From assembly GCA_963796055.1 (NCBI GenBank), contig CAWCKH010000004.1, positions 3,072,001 through 3,136,000 on the forward strand: DNA of 64,000 nt, given 5' to 3'. Under the pieces are notes generated by a model. It was given only the letters and a program-made list of their open reading frames with translations, had not been told where the DNA came from and ran no database searches. Numbering within the stretch: the stretch's first letter is position 1; every line of letters starts with the position of its first letter. Positions 43,863-52,377 of this stretch are shown here, piece by piece. The position numbers and the translations under genes were made by a program. Source of the DNA: an uncultured delta proteobacterium. GTDB lineage: Bacteria > Myxococcota > Myxococcia > Myxococcales > Myxococcaceae.

Positions 43863-45053
43863 ATGTCCTTCCGCTCCATCGACGATCTGCAGCTGACCGG
43901 GAAGCGGGTCTTCGTCCGGGTGGACTTCAACGTCCCGCTCGACGAGCAGCAGAAGGTGACCGACGACACCCGCATCCGCGAGGCGGTGCCCACCTTGAAG
44001 CGGGTGTTGCAGATGGGCGGCAAGCTCATCGTGGCCTCGCACCTGGGGCGGCCGAAGGGGGTGGACCCCAAGCTGTCGCTCGAGCCGGCGGCGCGCGTGC
44101 TGTCGGACCTGCTCGGAAAGCCATACGAGGTCCTGCTCGCCGACGATTGCGTGGGCGACGGCGTACGGAAGATGGTGAAGGACCAGACGCCGACCCAGGT
44201 GGTGGTCCTGGAGAACCTGCGCTTCCACAAGGAGGAGGAGGCGAACGATCCGGCCTTCGCCCGGGCGCTGGCGGAGAACGCCGACGTGTGGGTGATGGAC
44301 GCGTTCGGCACCGCGCACCGGGCCCATGCCTCGACCGCCGGGATGGCCGCGTTCGTGAAGGAGCGGGCCGCCGGGTATTTGATGGTGAAGGAGCTCGAGT
44401 TCCTGGGAAGGCTGCTCAGGTCGCCGTCGATGCCCTACGTGGCGGTGCTCGGCGGAGCGAAGGTCTCGGACAAGATCAAGGTCATCGAGAATCTGCTGCC
44501 CCGGGTGAGCTCGCTCCTGGTCGGCGGGGCGATGGCGTACACCTTCCTCAAGGCGCAGGGCATCGAGGTGGGGAAGAGCCGGGTCGAGGCGGACAAGCTG
44601 GACGTGGCCCGGCGGGCGCTCGAGGCGGCGGACCGGCTGGGGAAGCCCCTGGTGCTGCCGATCGATCACATCGCCAGCACCGATGCGACCGGGAAGACGC
44701 CGATCCGCGAGGTGAAGGAGCGGGCGTTGCCGCCGGAGCTGATGGGGCTGGACATCGGGCCGCGGACCCGGTCGCTTTTTGCCGAGCACCTGCGCCCTGC
44801 ACACACCGTGCTCTGGAACGGGCCGATGGGGATGTTCGAGCTGCCGGCGTTCGCCGCCGGGACGCGGGCGGTGGCCGAGACGATCGCCGGGCTGCCCCAC
44901 GCGACCACCGTGGTGGGTGGCGGGGACAGCGCCGCGGCGGTGCAGGAGTTCGGGCTGGCGAAGAAGATGTCGCACGTGTCGACGGGTGGTGGCGCCTCGC
45001 TCGAATTTCTCGAGGGGAAGGAGCTGCCCGGAGTGAAGGCGCTCGAGTCCTGA
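43863..45053 (+). CDS. pgk: Phosphoglycerate kinase
   Basis: [39 protein letters not shown]. Confidence 0.99.
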   Translation: MSFRSIDDLQLTGKRVFVRVDFNVPLDEQQKVTDDTRIREAVPTLKRVLQMGGKLIVASHLGRPKGVDPKLSLEPAARVLSDLLGKPYEVLLADDCVGDGVRKMVKDQTPTQVVVLENLRFHKEEEANDPAFARALAENADVWVMDAFGTAHRAHASTAGMAAFVKERAAGYLMVKELEFLGRLLRSPSMPYVAVLGGAKVSDKIKVIENLLPRVSSLLVGGAMAYTFLKAQGIEVGKSRVEADKLDVARRALEAADRLGKPLVLPIDHIASTDATGKTPIREVKERALPPELMGLDIGPRTRSLFAEHLRPAHTVLWNGPMGMFELPAFAAGTRAVAETIAGLPHATTVVGGGDSAAAVQEFGLAKKMSHVSTGGGASLEFLEGKELPGVKALES

Positions 45054-45066
45054 GCGGGGAGGGCGG

Positions 45067-45831
45067 ATGACCTCGCCACGCCGCCGGCCGCTGGTGGCCG
45101 GCAACTGGAAGATGCACCGGACGGGACCGGAGGCGGTGGAGCTGATCCAGCAGCTCCGCGATGGCCTTCCGCGCGTGCGCGCGGAGGTGATGGTCGCCCC
45201 CCCGTTCACCGCGCTGGAGGCCGCATCGCGGGCGCTCGAGGGGAGCGGAATCGCGCTCGGCGCCCAGAACGTGCACTGGGAGCCGCAGGGCGCGTTCACC
45301 GGGGAGATCTCGGTGGGGATGCTGAAGGCGCTGGGGGTGACCCACGTCATCGTCGGCCACTCCGAGCGGCGGCAGCTCTTCTGCGAGACGGACGCCTGGG
45401 TGAGCAAGAAGGCGCGGGCGGTGCTGCACGCGGGGATGCGCCCGGTGGTGTGCATCGGCGAGACCCTGGCCGACCGCGACGGCGGGAAGACGCTCGAGGT
45501 GTGCACCCACCAGCTGACCGGAAGCCTGGCCGGGGTGGCGGTCGAGGAGATGTCGCACCTGGCGCTGGCCTACGAGCCGGTCTGGGCCATCGGGACGGGG
45601 CGGAACGCGACGCCCGCGCAGGCGCAGGAGGTCCACGCGCACCTCCGCGAGATGCTGGTCCGGCTGTTCGGCCGCCCGGTGGGGGAGATGGTGCGGATCC
45701 TCTACGGCGGGTCGGTGAAGGCGGACAACGCCGCGGAGCTGCTCGGGCAGGCGGACGTGGACGGCGCGCTGGTGGGTGGGGCGAGCCTCAAGGCCCAGGA
45801 ATTCCTGGCGATCGTGGCAGCGGCGGGTTAG
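45067..45831 (+). CDS. tpiA: Triosephosphate isomerase
   Basis: [28 protein letters not shown]. Confidence 0.99.
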   Translation: MTSPRRRPLVAGNWKMHRTGPEAVELIQQLRDGLPRVRAEVMVAPPFTALEAASRALEGSGIALGAQNVHWEPQGAFTGEISVGMLKALGVTHVIVGHSERRQLFCETDAWVSKKARAVLHAGMRPVVCIGETLADRDGGKTLEVCTHQLTGSLAGVAVEEMSHLALAYEPVWAIGTGRNATPAQAQEVHAHLREMLVRLFGRPVGEMVRILYGGSVKADNAAELLGQADVDGALVGGASLKAQEFLAIVAAAG

Positions 45832-45846
45832 GTTTCGCGCCCCCTC

Positions 45847-46242
45847 ATGGTCGTCTTCTTCACCATCGTCCACGTCCTGCTGTGCGTCTTCATGATCTTC
45901 GTGATCCTCCTCCAGCCGGGGAAGGACGCCGGGATGGGTGCGGCGCTCGGCGGCGGTGCAGCGACCTCGGCGTTCGGCGGCCGCGGGGCGGTGACCTTCC
46001 TGAGCAAGCTGACCGCGGTGTGCGCGGGGCTGTTCTTCCTGACGTCGCTGGGGCTGTCGTTGGTGGGCGTGCGGGCTTCGGTGGCGACCAGCGTGACGTC
46101 GAAGGCGGCGGCGAAGCCGGCCCCGGCGACTCCTGCCCCGGGGAGCTCGGCGGCTCCGGACGTGGCGCCGAAGGCGAGCGACGCCGAGACTGCCCCGGCG
46201 ACCCCGGCGGCCGCTCCCACTCCCGCTCCCGCGCAGAAGTAG
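45847..46242 (+). CDS. secG: Preprotein translocase subunit SecG
   Basis: ILLQPGK..GAALGG..FG..LSKLT; follows tpiA. Confidence 0.95.
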   Translation: MVVFFTIVHVLLCVFMIFVILLQPGKDAGMGAALGGGAATSAFGGRGAVTFLSKLTAVCAGLFFLTSLGLSLVGVRASVATSVTSKAAAKPAPATPAPGSSAAPDVAPKASDAETAPATPAAAPTPAPAQK

Positions 46243-46260
46243 GGAGCCAGTTCCCGGGCC

Positions 46261-46947
46261 GTGCACGACGGCCTGCTCGTCGTCCTCTGGTCAGCGGTGT
46301 TCGCCGGGGGTCTCGGCGCCTGTCTATGGCTCTCGGATCGCGGGCTGCCGCGGACGTACGTGCGCGACGTGCTGCACGTCGGGGCCGGGGCGTGGCCCCT
46401 CGGGTGGAAGGCCTGGCACTCGCCGTGGGCGCCGGTGCTGGTGGCGCTGACGGGATTCGGGCTGCTGCTCGTGGTGCCGCTGCTCGGGCGACAGATCGCG
46501 GCGGCACGGGCGCTCGAGCGGGCGGTCTCCGGCGAGGACGAGGCCTGGTCGGGACTGGTCCTGTACGGGCTCTCGGCCGCGGGGCTCACCGCGGTGGCGT
46601 TCTTTTTCAACGCGCCGTTCCCCGCCGCGGCCGGGCTGCTCGCGCTCGCGCTCGGCGACGGAATCGGCGGTCTGGTGGGCCGGCTGTGGGGGAAGCACCG
46701 TTACCGGGTGCCGTGGGCGAAGCTGAAGAGCGTCGAGGGTTCGGTGGCGGTGGCGATGCTCGCAGCGCTCGGGACGGGGATGGCGGGGCTGCTGTTCGAG
46801 GTGCCGCTGAGCGCGAGCCGGGTTCTCGCGGCCAGTCTGGCGGCGGCGGTCGCGGAGGCGGTGGCGCCCCGGGCGACGGACAACCTCCTGGTCCCGCTCG
46901 CGGTGTGGCTGGTCATGGGGGGACTGGAAAGCGCCGGGGCTCCCTGA
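46261..46947 (+). CDS. Phytol/dolichol kinase-like (cytidylyltransferase family) membrane protein
   Basis: RDVLH, GDGIGGLVG..GKH, KSVEGS, DNLLVP. Confidence 0.8.
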   Translation: MHDGLLVVLWSAVFAGGLGACLWLSDRGLPRTYVRDVLHVGAGAWPLGWKAWHSPWAPVLVALTGFGLLLVVPLLGRQIAAARALERAVSGEDEAWSGLVLYGLSAAGLTAVAFFFNAPFPAAAGLLALALGDGIGGLVGRLWGKHRYRVPWAKLKSVEGSVAVAMLAALGTGMAGLLFEVPLSASRVLAASLAAAVAEAVAPRATDNLLVPLAVWLVMGGLESAGAP

Positions 46948-46969
46948 TACGTAGACCGTCCTCTTTCAA

Positions 46970-47051
46970 GCCCAGGTGGTGGAACTGGTAGACACACCAT
47001 CTTGAGGGGGTGGCGCCGAAAGGTGTGCGGGTTCGAATCCCGCCCTGGGCA
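46970..47051 (+). tRNA. tRNA-Leu(GAG), canonical
   Basis: GCCCAGG/CCTGGGC acceptor, loop TTGAGGG, long variable arm, GGTTCGAATCC. Confidence 0.95.
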
Positions 47052-47129
47052 CTCTCAGTCCCTCGGAACTGCAGAGCAAATCTCGGAGCCGGTGGTCGAT
47101 TGACCCCTCGTTGACCCTGACTCCGAGCC

Positions 47130-47245
47130 CTCCGCGGTCCAGTGCTGATCCAGCGCCGCCACTGCCTCTCGCCGGCTGTCCGGAGACAGGTGCGAGTAGC
47201 GCGTCGTCATCTCGATGGTCGCGTGCCCGAGCAGCTCCTGTGGCT
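47130..47245 (-). mobile_element. Tyrosine integrase C-terminal remnant
   Basis: QELLGHATIEMTTRYSHL (box II His and catalytic Tyr) directly after the tRNA. Confidence 0.85.
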
Positions 47246-47297
47246 TAGGCATCGAACTCGCGGCCGCTACCATCCCTTCCTCTCCTCGTGGACCGTC

Positions 47298-47589
47298 ATG
47301 CTCTTCGCCGTGCTCTTCACCGACAAGACAGATCGTGCCGAACTCAGAGCCGAGCATTCTCGATGCGCACATTCGGTGGATAGCCGAGCACCAGGACCTC
47401 ATTCTCGTGGCTGGTTCGCTTCGTGCCGAGCCACAGGAAGTGCCCAAGGGAGGGCTTTGGATCGTCGAGGCAGAGTCAAAGGCTGCAGTGATGGAATTGA
47501 TGAAATCGAACCCGTTCTTCACCTGCGGCCTGCGCCAAAGCTTTGAAGTTCTGCACTGGAGCAAGCGCTTCAGGACCGAAAGGCTCTAG
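47298..47589 (+). pseudogene. YciI family gene, frameshifted
   Basis: MLFAVLFTDK..RAEH, extra base near 47358, then LDAHIRW..AGSL..GGLWIVEAES..NPF. Confidence 0.75.
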
Positions 47590-47665
47590 TCTGATGCCGG
47601 GCTCGAGGAGCTTGCCGTGGAGCGAACGGACCCAACCTCCGAACAGCGCGGTGTTCAGGTCGTAG

Positions 47666-47818
47666 AGGCGCGCCCGACTGCCTTGCCTCTGGCTCGACGT
47701 GCTCCGGACCAACGCCGGTGCGCGCCGGTTCTACCATCTCCACGGGTTTCAGGTCCGGGCGGAGCTGCCGTTCTCCACGGATATCGCCTATCCGGGATTG
47801 CTGGTGATGGTCCGATAG
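47666..47818 (+). pseudogene. GNAT acetyltransferase C-terminal fragment
   Basis: LWLDVLRTNAGARRFYHLHGF (motif B); in-frame stop upstream, no start. Confidence 0.7.
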
Positions 47819-47856
47819 CATCCGGGCAGGGGACGGGTGAGCTGAAGAGGAACCTC

Positions 47857-48012
47857 ACTCGGCTCTCCGCTGACGCCGAGAGACGCATCGCCTCGCTGGT
47901 GCTGGGCAACCTGAACGAGGATGGCTACCTCAAGCTGCCTGACGTCGAGGGCGACTCGCTCATCCGTCGGGCCAGCAAGGCGGACGTGCCCATGCTGGTG
48001 GCCGAGCGGACC
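47857..48012 (+). pseudogene. Internal fragment of sigma-54 (RpoN) core-binding domain
   Basis: ERRIASLVLGNLNEDGYLK resembles RpoN I.GNLD.DGYL. Confidence 0.65.
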
Positions 48013-48218
48013 ACCATGGTTTCGACAACGACAATCACGCCTCGCTACGACAAGGCCGCGGCCCAGCTGGCGTGGCGGCACTTGGTTTCCTGGGCATTTC
48101 GCCACAGGGGCGGCCATTCCCCAGCGATTCTCATCGCCGAGCTCCCCACCCCGTCTTGACTCCACGTGGTGACGGGCGTACCTACCTCACCGCAATCGAA
48201 GTCGGAGCAGCGCAGACG

Positions 48219-48389
48219 ATGAACACTCGAACCCAAGTGCTGGCAGTCGCCGCGGTGGTCAATGCCCACCGGCGGATCGGCTCGCGCTCGTGCGGGTGGG
48301 TGTCGTCCGCCGTGCCCTCGATCGAACTCGCACTGGCGATGAGCCAGCGCGGAGGCGATCGCGGCACACCCGACTTCATGCGTCGCTGA
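48219..48389 (+). CDS. Putative 56-aa leader peptide of the tRNA array
   Basis: GGAG 11 nt before ATG; stop lies 26 nt before the terminator; last codons overlap the antiterminator strand. Confidence 0.5.
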   Translation: MNTRTQVLAVAAVVNAHRRIGSRSCGWVSSAVPSIELALAMSQRGGDRGTPDFMRR

Positions 48390-48415
48390 TCCGGAACATC
48401 GGATCGGGGCTCAGG

Positions 48416-48455
48416 AGGCCGGGTGACCATCAGGGGTCCCCGGCCTTTTTCTTTC
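48416..48455 (+). terminator. Intrinsic terminator/attenuator upstream of the tRNA array
   Basis: AGGCCGGG(T)GACC-ATCAGG-GGTCCCCGGCCT, a 12-bp stem, followed by TTTTCTTT. Confidence 0.8.
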
Positions 48456-48473
48456 CTGGACACCCCACCGAAT

Positions 48474-48541
48474 AGGCCGCGCGCTGGGCGCAGGTGGGTC
48501 TCCAAAGCCTGCCGACGAGGGTTCGATTCCTTCACGGCCTG
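48474..48541 (+). tRNA. tRNA-Trp(CCA), reduced D-arm
   Basis: Loop CTCCAAA, GGTTCGATTCC, AGGCCG/CGGCCT acceptor. Confidence 0.75.
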
Positions 48542-48660
48542 CACGCCCCCGTCCCTGCAGGGGCTCTGAAGCCTGACGGCGCTGTTCTGTGACATCGAAC
48601 AATAGAAGCGACATTCGGGCTACCCGTCTGCCCTGGCTTGCTCCCCTCCATCCGCTCTGA

Positions 48661-48732
48661 TGGGGCGTCGTCTAGTCGGCAGGACCCTGGGCTCTGACCC
48701 CAGCGAGGGAGGTTCGACTCCTCCCGCCCCAG
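48661..48732 (+). tRNA. tRNA-Gln(CTG)
   Basis: TGGGGCG/CGCCCCA acceptor, loop CTCTGAC. Confidence 0.9.
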
Positions 48733-48751
48733 CAATCTGAAGCAAAGTGAA

Positions 48752-48824
48752 GGCGCCGTCGGCCAGTGGTCAGGCCACCAGACTCTCGATCTGGGAACGG
48801 AGGGTTCGATTCCCCCCGGCGCTG
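48752..48824 (+). tRNA. tRNA-Glu(CTC)
   Basis: CCAGA-CTCTCGA-TCTGG, GGCGCCG/CGGCGCT acceptor. Confidence 0.88.
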
Positions 48825-48829
48825 CTCAT

Positions 48830-48913
48830 GGCGGCCGACAATCAATGGCCGATCAGCGGGTTGTGACCCCGTGGGGCGAGAGCCCCGAAGGAGTTCGATT
48901 CTCCTCGACCGCC
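48830..48913 (+). tRNA. tRNA-His(GTG) with long variable arm
   Basis: GCGGG-TTGTGAC-CCCGT; G-1:C73 pair; GGGGC-GAGA-GCCCC variable hairpin. Confidence 0.75.
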
Positions 48914-48918
48914 CTGAT

Positions 48919-48990
48919 GCCTCGTTGTCCCTCTGGTGAAGGTCTCCGGCTGTCTACCGGACGAGACGGGTTCGATTCCCGTACGGGGCG
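48919..48990 (+). tRNA. tRNA-Asp(GTC)
   Basis: TCCGG-CTGTCTA-CCGGA, G73. Confidence 0.8.
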
Positions 48991-48992
48991 CT

Positions 48993-49064
48993 GGGCCGTG
49001 TGTCACTGGGGTGCAGCTCGGTCTCGCACACCGAGCGTGCCGGGTTCGATTCCCGGGCGGTCCA
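48993..49064 (+). tRNA. tRNA-Ala(CGC)
   Basis: Loop CTCGCAC; G3:U70 and A73 identity elements. Confidence 0.82.
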
Positions 49065-49083
49065 CACGTCGTTCTACGTTGCT

Positions 49084-49152
49084 GCCCCGTCCAGCGGATC
49101 TGGACCCCGCTCTCCGAAGGCGAGCGAGACCGTTCGACTCGGTCACGGGGTA
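49084..49152 (+). tRNA. tRNA-Arg(CCG), reduced D-arm
   Basis: Loop CTCCGAA, GCCCCGT/ACGGGGT acceptor. Confidence 0.72.
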
Positions 49153-49158
49153 CTGCCG

Positions 49159-49227
49159 GCCCCCATCGGTGGAACCGGACTCGCGGCTACGAACCGTGAT
49201 GAGAGCGTTCGATTCGTTCTGGGGGTG
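49159..49227 (+). tRNA. tRNA-Arg(ACG), reduced D-arm
   Basis: TCGCGG-CTACGAA-CCGTGA, GCCCCCA/TGGGGGT acceptor. Confidence 0.75.
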
Positions 49228-49232
49228 CTTCG

Positions 49233-49304
49233 CGTGGCGTCGCCAGGTGGGAAGGCAGCGGTCTCATGAACCGCCGATCGCAGGTTCGACTCCTGCCGCC
49301 ACGA
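49233..49304 (+). tRNA. tRNA with CAT anticodon (Met; Ile2 not excluded)
   Basis: GCGGT-CTCATGA-ACCGC, CGTGGCG/CGCCACG acceptor. Confidence 0.85.
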
Positions 49305-49307
49305 TAT

Positions 49308-49380
49308 GCCGGACAGTTCACCTGAAGGTGATGCCGCTCTCACACGGCGGAGGCGCAGGGTTTGATTCCCTGGTCCGGTA
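49308..49380 (+). tRNA. tRNA-Val(CAC), atypical D-arm
   Basis: CCGCT-CTCACAC-GGCGG; T-loop TTTGATT; A73. Confidence 0.75.
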
Positions 49381-49387
49381 CATCAGA

Positions 49388-49461
49388 GCCGAGGTAGCCC
49401 AACCGGTAGAGGCACTGGTCTCAGACACCAGCAAGTGAGGGTTCGAATCCCTCTCTCGGTA
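49388..49461 (+). tRNA. tRNA-Leu(CAG) with short variable loop
   Basis: CTGGT-CTCAGAC-ACCAG, 5-nt variable loop CAAGT, GGGTTCGAATCCC. Confidence 0.85.
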
Positions 49462-49526
49462 CAGCGGCCGGAAAGCCAGGTCCGTTGTCCAATCTTCCCT
49501 GGGGTCGAATCCTGTCCGACTCGCAC

Positions 49527-50000
49527 TCAGGGCTTCTCCCGCTCGTCTCGAGCGCGCGCCTCGGCGATCGCTCTCACATCGTCAAGGTATCGTCCTGCGT
49601 GAGGGCCCGTGGGGAGCGCCTCCTGGGCCCGGCGACAATCGGCCGTTCGCCCGTACCCGGTGATCGCCGAACTGAGGGCCAGAGTCCCCAAGGCGGTCAT
49701 TGTCGCCCCGATCGCGATTGCCTCTCCTGAGCTCGGGCCGACGCACCAACCGGTGCAGCTCCCGCTGGCTGCACCTGCCACGATCCCAAGCACGCCAACC
49801 CCGATAAGAGGAACCGCGAGAAAGGTGTCGACAGCCGGGACGGCATTGGAGGACGTGCACTCCAGCTTCGTCGGCTCCGGCTGCTCTGTCTCGTGGGCGG
49901 AGATCTCGGCTGAATGAGGTCCGTGAACGAAGGCGTACGAGCAGCCGGAGTTGCCCAGGGTCAAGAGCATCACCCCCGCAATGCACACCGCTCTCGCCAT
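49527..50000 (-). CDS. Hypothetical lipoprotein/membrane protein
   Basis: Signal ending SGC, two hydrophobic helices, several Cys. Confidence 0.65.
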   Translation of the reverse strand: MARAVCIAGVMLLTLGNSGCSYAFVHGPHSAEISAHETEQPEPTKLECTSSNAVPAVDTFLAVPLIGVGVLGIVAGAASGSCTGWCVGPSSGEAIAIGATMTALGTLALSSAITGYGRTADCRRAQEALPTGPHAGRYLDDVRAIAEARARDEREKP

Positions 50001-50479
50001 CACCGAGGACGACGTTCGACAGTCGTGTTCAACATCTCCGTCGACACCCATGACTCACCCCCTTGGTTCGACGCGGCGGTCCTCGAAGAATGCCGCACGA
50101 AATTCTGAACAGCTTCATGTTGCATTCAATGGACCGCAAGGCGGACTCCGTAGTCTGCGCGTAGCCGCCGTCCCCTCGTGCGAGGCACTGCACACCCGTG
50201 CAATCAATTGCACGAGATACATGGCAGATGAGGGCAGAGTTGAGCGTGCTTGAAACCCCACTTACATGCGTGCGCGCGGCGTCCTCGAGGAGGAGGCCGT
50301 CCCGGACACCGCGCTCGACGTCCTGCAGCTCGAAAGCATCCAGGTGTCGCGGAGCGGGGGGCCGGCACCTCACCAGGAGCGTGCGAGAGGAGTACGCTCT
50401 CGGAGTCGCTGAGCCACGGCGCGGAGCGCACAGCCCCCGAGCGCCACCTGCTCGGGGGCGCGGTGCAGGACGGCTGTGC

Positions 50480-51244
50480 TCACTGCGCGCCGCTCGCCTC
50501 CATGTCGCGGGCGACCTGGAGCGCGATGGCCTTCACCCGTTCCTCCTCGGGACAATCGCCATCGATGTGTCCTTCGCGGACGCGCTCCAGCTCGGTGAGG
50601 GCGGCGGCGACGTTGCCTTCGCGCCACAGCGTCTCGGCGAGCCAGGCCATCGCGCGGAGGTTCCGCGGGTCATCAGCGAGGGCGTGCTGGTACCAGGCGG
50701 CCGACTTCGCCAGGCTCCGCTTCGGCCAGGGCATCTCGAAGAAGTAGCGGCCCTTTGCCAGGCGGGGCCCCTGGTGCTCGAACCGGGGGTCGAGCGCGAG
50801 CGCCCGCTCGAGGCGCTCGTTGAACTTGGAGTCGAGCCCCTCGCCGAGCGCGCTCAGGATTCCGGCCCCGCTGCAGTACAGGCCGATGCCCACGGCGGCG
50901 AAGTAGTGTCCGGCGACCCACTCGGGCTTTGCTCGCGAGAGCTGGTCCCCGACATCCCAAGCCTCGCGGCCGAGCCGCTTCCTTTCCTTGGGGTCGGTGA
51001 CGCTGTCACCGACCCAGAGTGCGAACCGCGCCTTCCAGAACATGCGCTCCGGAGCGTCGGGGCGCTCGGCGAGCGCAGCCGTCGCCAGGCGCAGCGCTTC
51101 GTCGGCCTTCGCCGGGTCCCTGCGCTCGGCCCAGAGTGAGGCGAGTCTGGCGACCTGTCCGGCTGCACGGACGGGCTCGCGTGCAGCCTCCTCGGCGAGT
51201 CCCAGGCCGGGGCAGAGCAGAAGGAGCAGAGCAACCCAGCGCAT
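50480..51244 (-). CDS. Secreted TPR-like helical protein
   Basis: Signal MRWVALLLLL; GHYFAA..G.Y, ALALDP.F..GP..GRYF..PWP. Confidence 0.7.
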   Translation of the reverse strand: MRWVALLLLLCPGLGLAEEAAREPVRAAGQVARLASLWAERRDPAKADEALRLATAALAERPDAPERMFWKARFALWVGDSVTDPKERKRLGREAWDVGDQLSRAKPEWVAGHYFAAVGIGLYCSGAGILSALGEGLDSKFNERLERALALDPRFEHQGPRLAKGRYFFEMPWPKRSLAKSAAWYQHALADDPRNLRAMAWLAETLWREGNVAAALTELERVREGHIDGDCPEEERVKAIALQVARDMEASGAQ

Positions 51245-51341
51245 CGCGTGTGAAGGAGAGCACGCGGGCGCCCAGATGAGAAGGACCGCGGGCCCGTGAC
51301 CCCCTTCCTGTCCAGGCGGTACTGCACGCTGAGCGCCGGCA

Positions 51342-51605
51342 TCACCCCGGTCGCTCGAGCGCCATGCGCACGGCAAGGACTCCGCCCATCGACTGCGCAA
51401 TGACGGCGCTCGGTTCGACTGGCAGCTGCTCCACGAGCCACCTGAAGAGATCGTCCAGTGACTCGATCGTGGGATCGACCGGGCAGTCGCCAAAGCCCGG
51501 ATAGCCGAACACGTGGTTGCGACCGAGGTCAGCCAATCTATCGGCGACAGGGCGCCAGAAGGACGCGGTTCCACCAGCGCCGGGCAGAAACACCTGAGGT
51601 GACAT
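51342..51605 (-). pseudogene. Alpha/beta hydrolase, C-terminally truncated
   Basis: FLPGAGG, PGFG, AQSMGG nucleophile elbow, then stop at 87 aa. Confidence 0.75.
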
Positions 51606-51812
51606 GCAACGACCTTATTAGCGGAGACCGGGCACGGTGGTCCGTTCCACGAACTTCCGGACGAAGTTGACCCTGCAGCTACGCTCACCAGAGGGAGGGT
51701 CGGACACATCCACGGCAGTCGTGACAACCGTCGTGAGTACCAGGCTGTCCGCGCGATCTGGCCTGCAACGTTCGACGTCGGAAGGTTCCGGAGTGGCGGA
51801 GGTCACGCACGC

Positions 51813-52370
51813 ATGAAGCGGTCGTTCGTTTCGGCGGTTCTGCTGCTCAGCTTGGTCCACGGCTCCACGGCACTCGCCGACGATTCCGGCCTGACCTTCG
51901 TCACCGTCGATGGAGTCCAGGGCGAATCCACGCGGACGGGGCACGAGGGCCAGATCGAGGCCTCGAACTTCTCCCAAACCTTTCGCCTGGCGGTGGCCAC
52001 GGGCGGAGCAGGCGGCGGCGTCGGCAAGCCGACCCTCGGTCCGGTGGTCTTCGAGAAGGCCCAGGGAGCGGCCAGCATCAAGCTCCTGAAGGCGCTGCTC
52101 TCCGGTCAGGCCATCGCGAAGGTGTTCGTCGACTTCTCCGCCCAGCAGCCCGATGGCAAGAGCGCTGTCACCTACAGGATCACGCTCCTGAACGTGATGG
52201 TCGTGGGCCTCAACGAGAAGAGCGTCGATGGCAGGCTCGTCGACGAGGTCCAGCTCACGTTCGAGTCCGGGATCTGGGAAGTCTTCGACCCGGCCGACTC
52301 GACGAGCTTCGACGGCAAGACCGGCAAGGTGAACGTGATCGCGCCTTCCGGCAGCCGCAGCACCCGGTGA
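51813..52370 (+). CDS. Hcp (T6SS tube) family protein with N-terminal signal peptide, copy 2
   Basis: VDGVQGES..GHEGQIE, GGGVGK, YRITL, EVQLTF; leader MKRSFVSAVLLLSLVHGSTALA. Confidence 0.85.
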   Translation: MKRSFVSAVLLLSLVHGSTALADDSGLTFVTVDGVQGESTRTGHEGQIEASNFSQTFRLAVATGGAGGGVGKPTLGPVVFEKAQGAASIKLLKALLSGQAIAKVFVDFSAQQPDGKSAVTYRITLLNVMVVGLNEKSVDGRLVDEVQLTFESGIWEVFDPADSTSFDGKTGKVNVIAPSGSRSTR

Positions 52371-52377
52371 GGCGATC

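Noticed and set aside
48219..48389. Leader codons matching the array's anticodons
   Set aside because: All ten amino acids occur, but that is plausible by chance in 56 aa. Glu is GAA, which CTC does not read, and there is no run of control codons.
48474..49461. Regularly spaced GGTTCGA motifs as a CRISPR or repeat array
   Set aside because: They are tRNA T-loops inside cloverleaf structures; there are no identical repeats and no cas genes.
49462..49530. Possible twelfth tRNA (GGGGTCGAATCCTG...)
   Set aside because: Only a T-arm-like remnant; I could not build a convincing anticodon or acceptor stem.
50255..50430. Possible IS91-like transposase fragment (YMRARGVLEEE..ALDVLQ)
   Set aside because: Too short, with no catalytic motif or ends; it needs a homology search.
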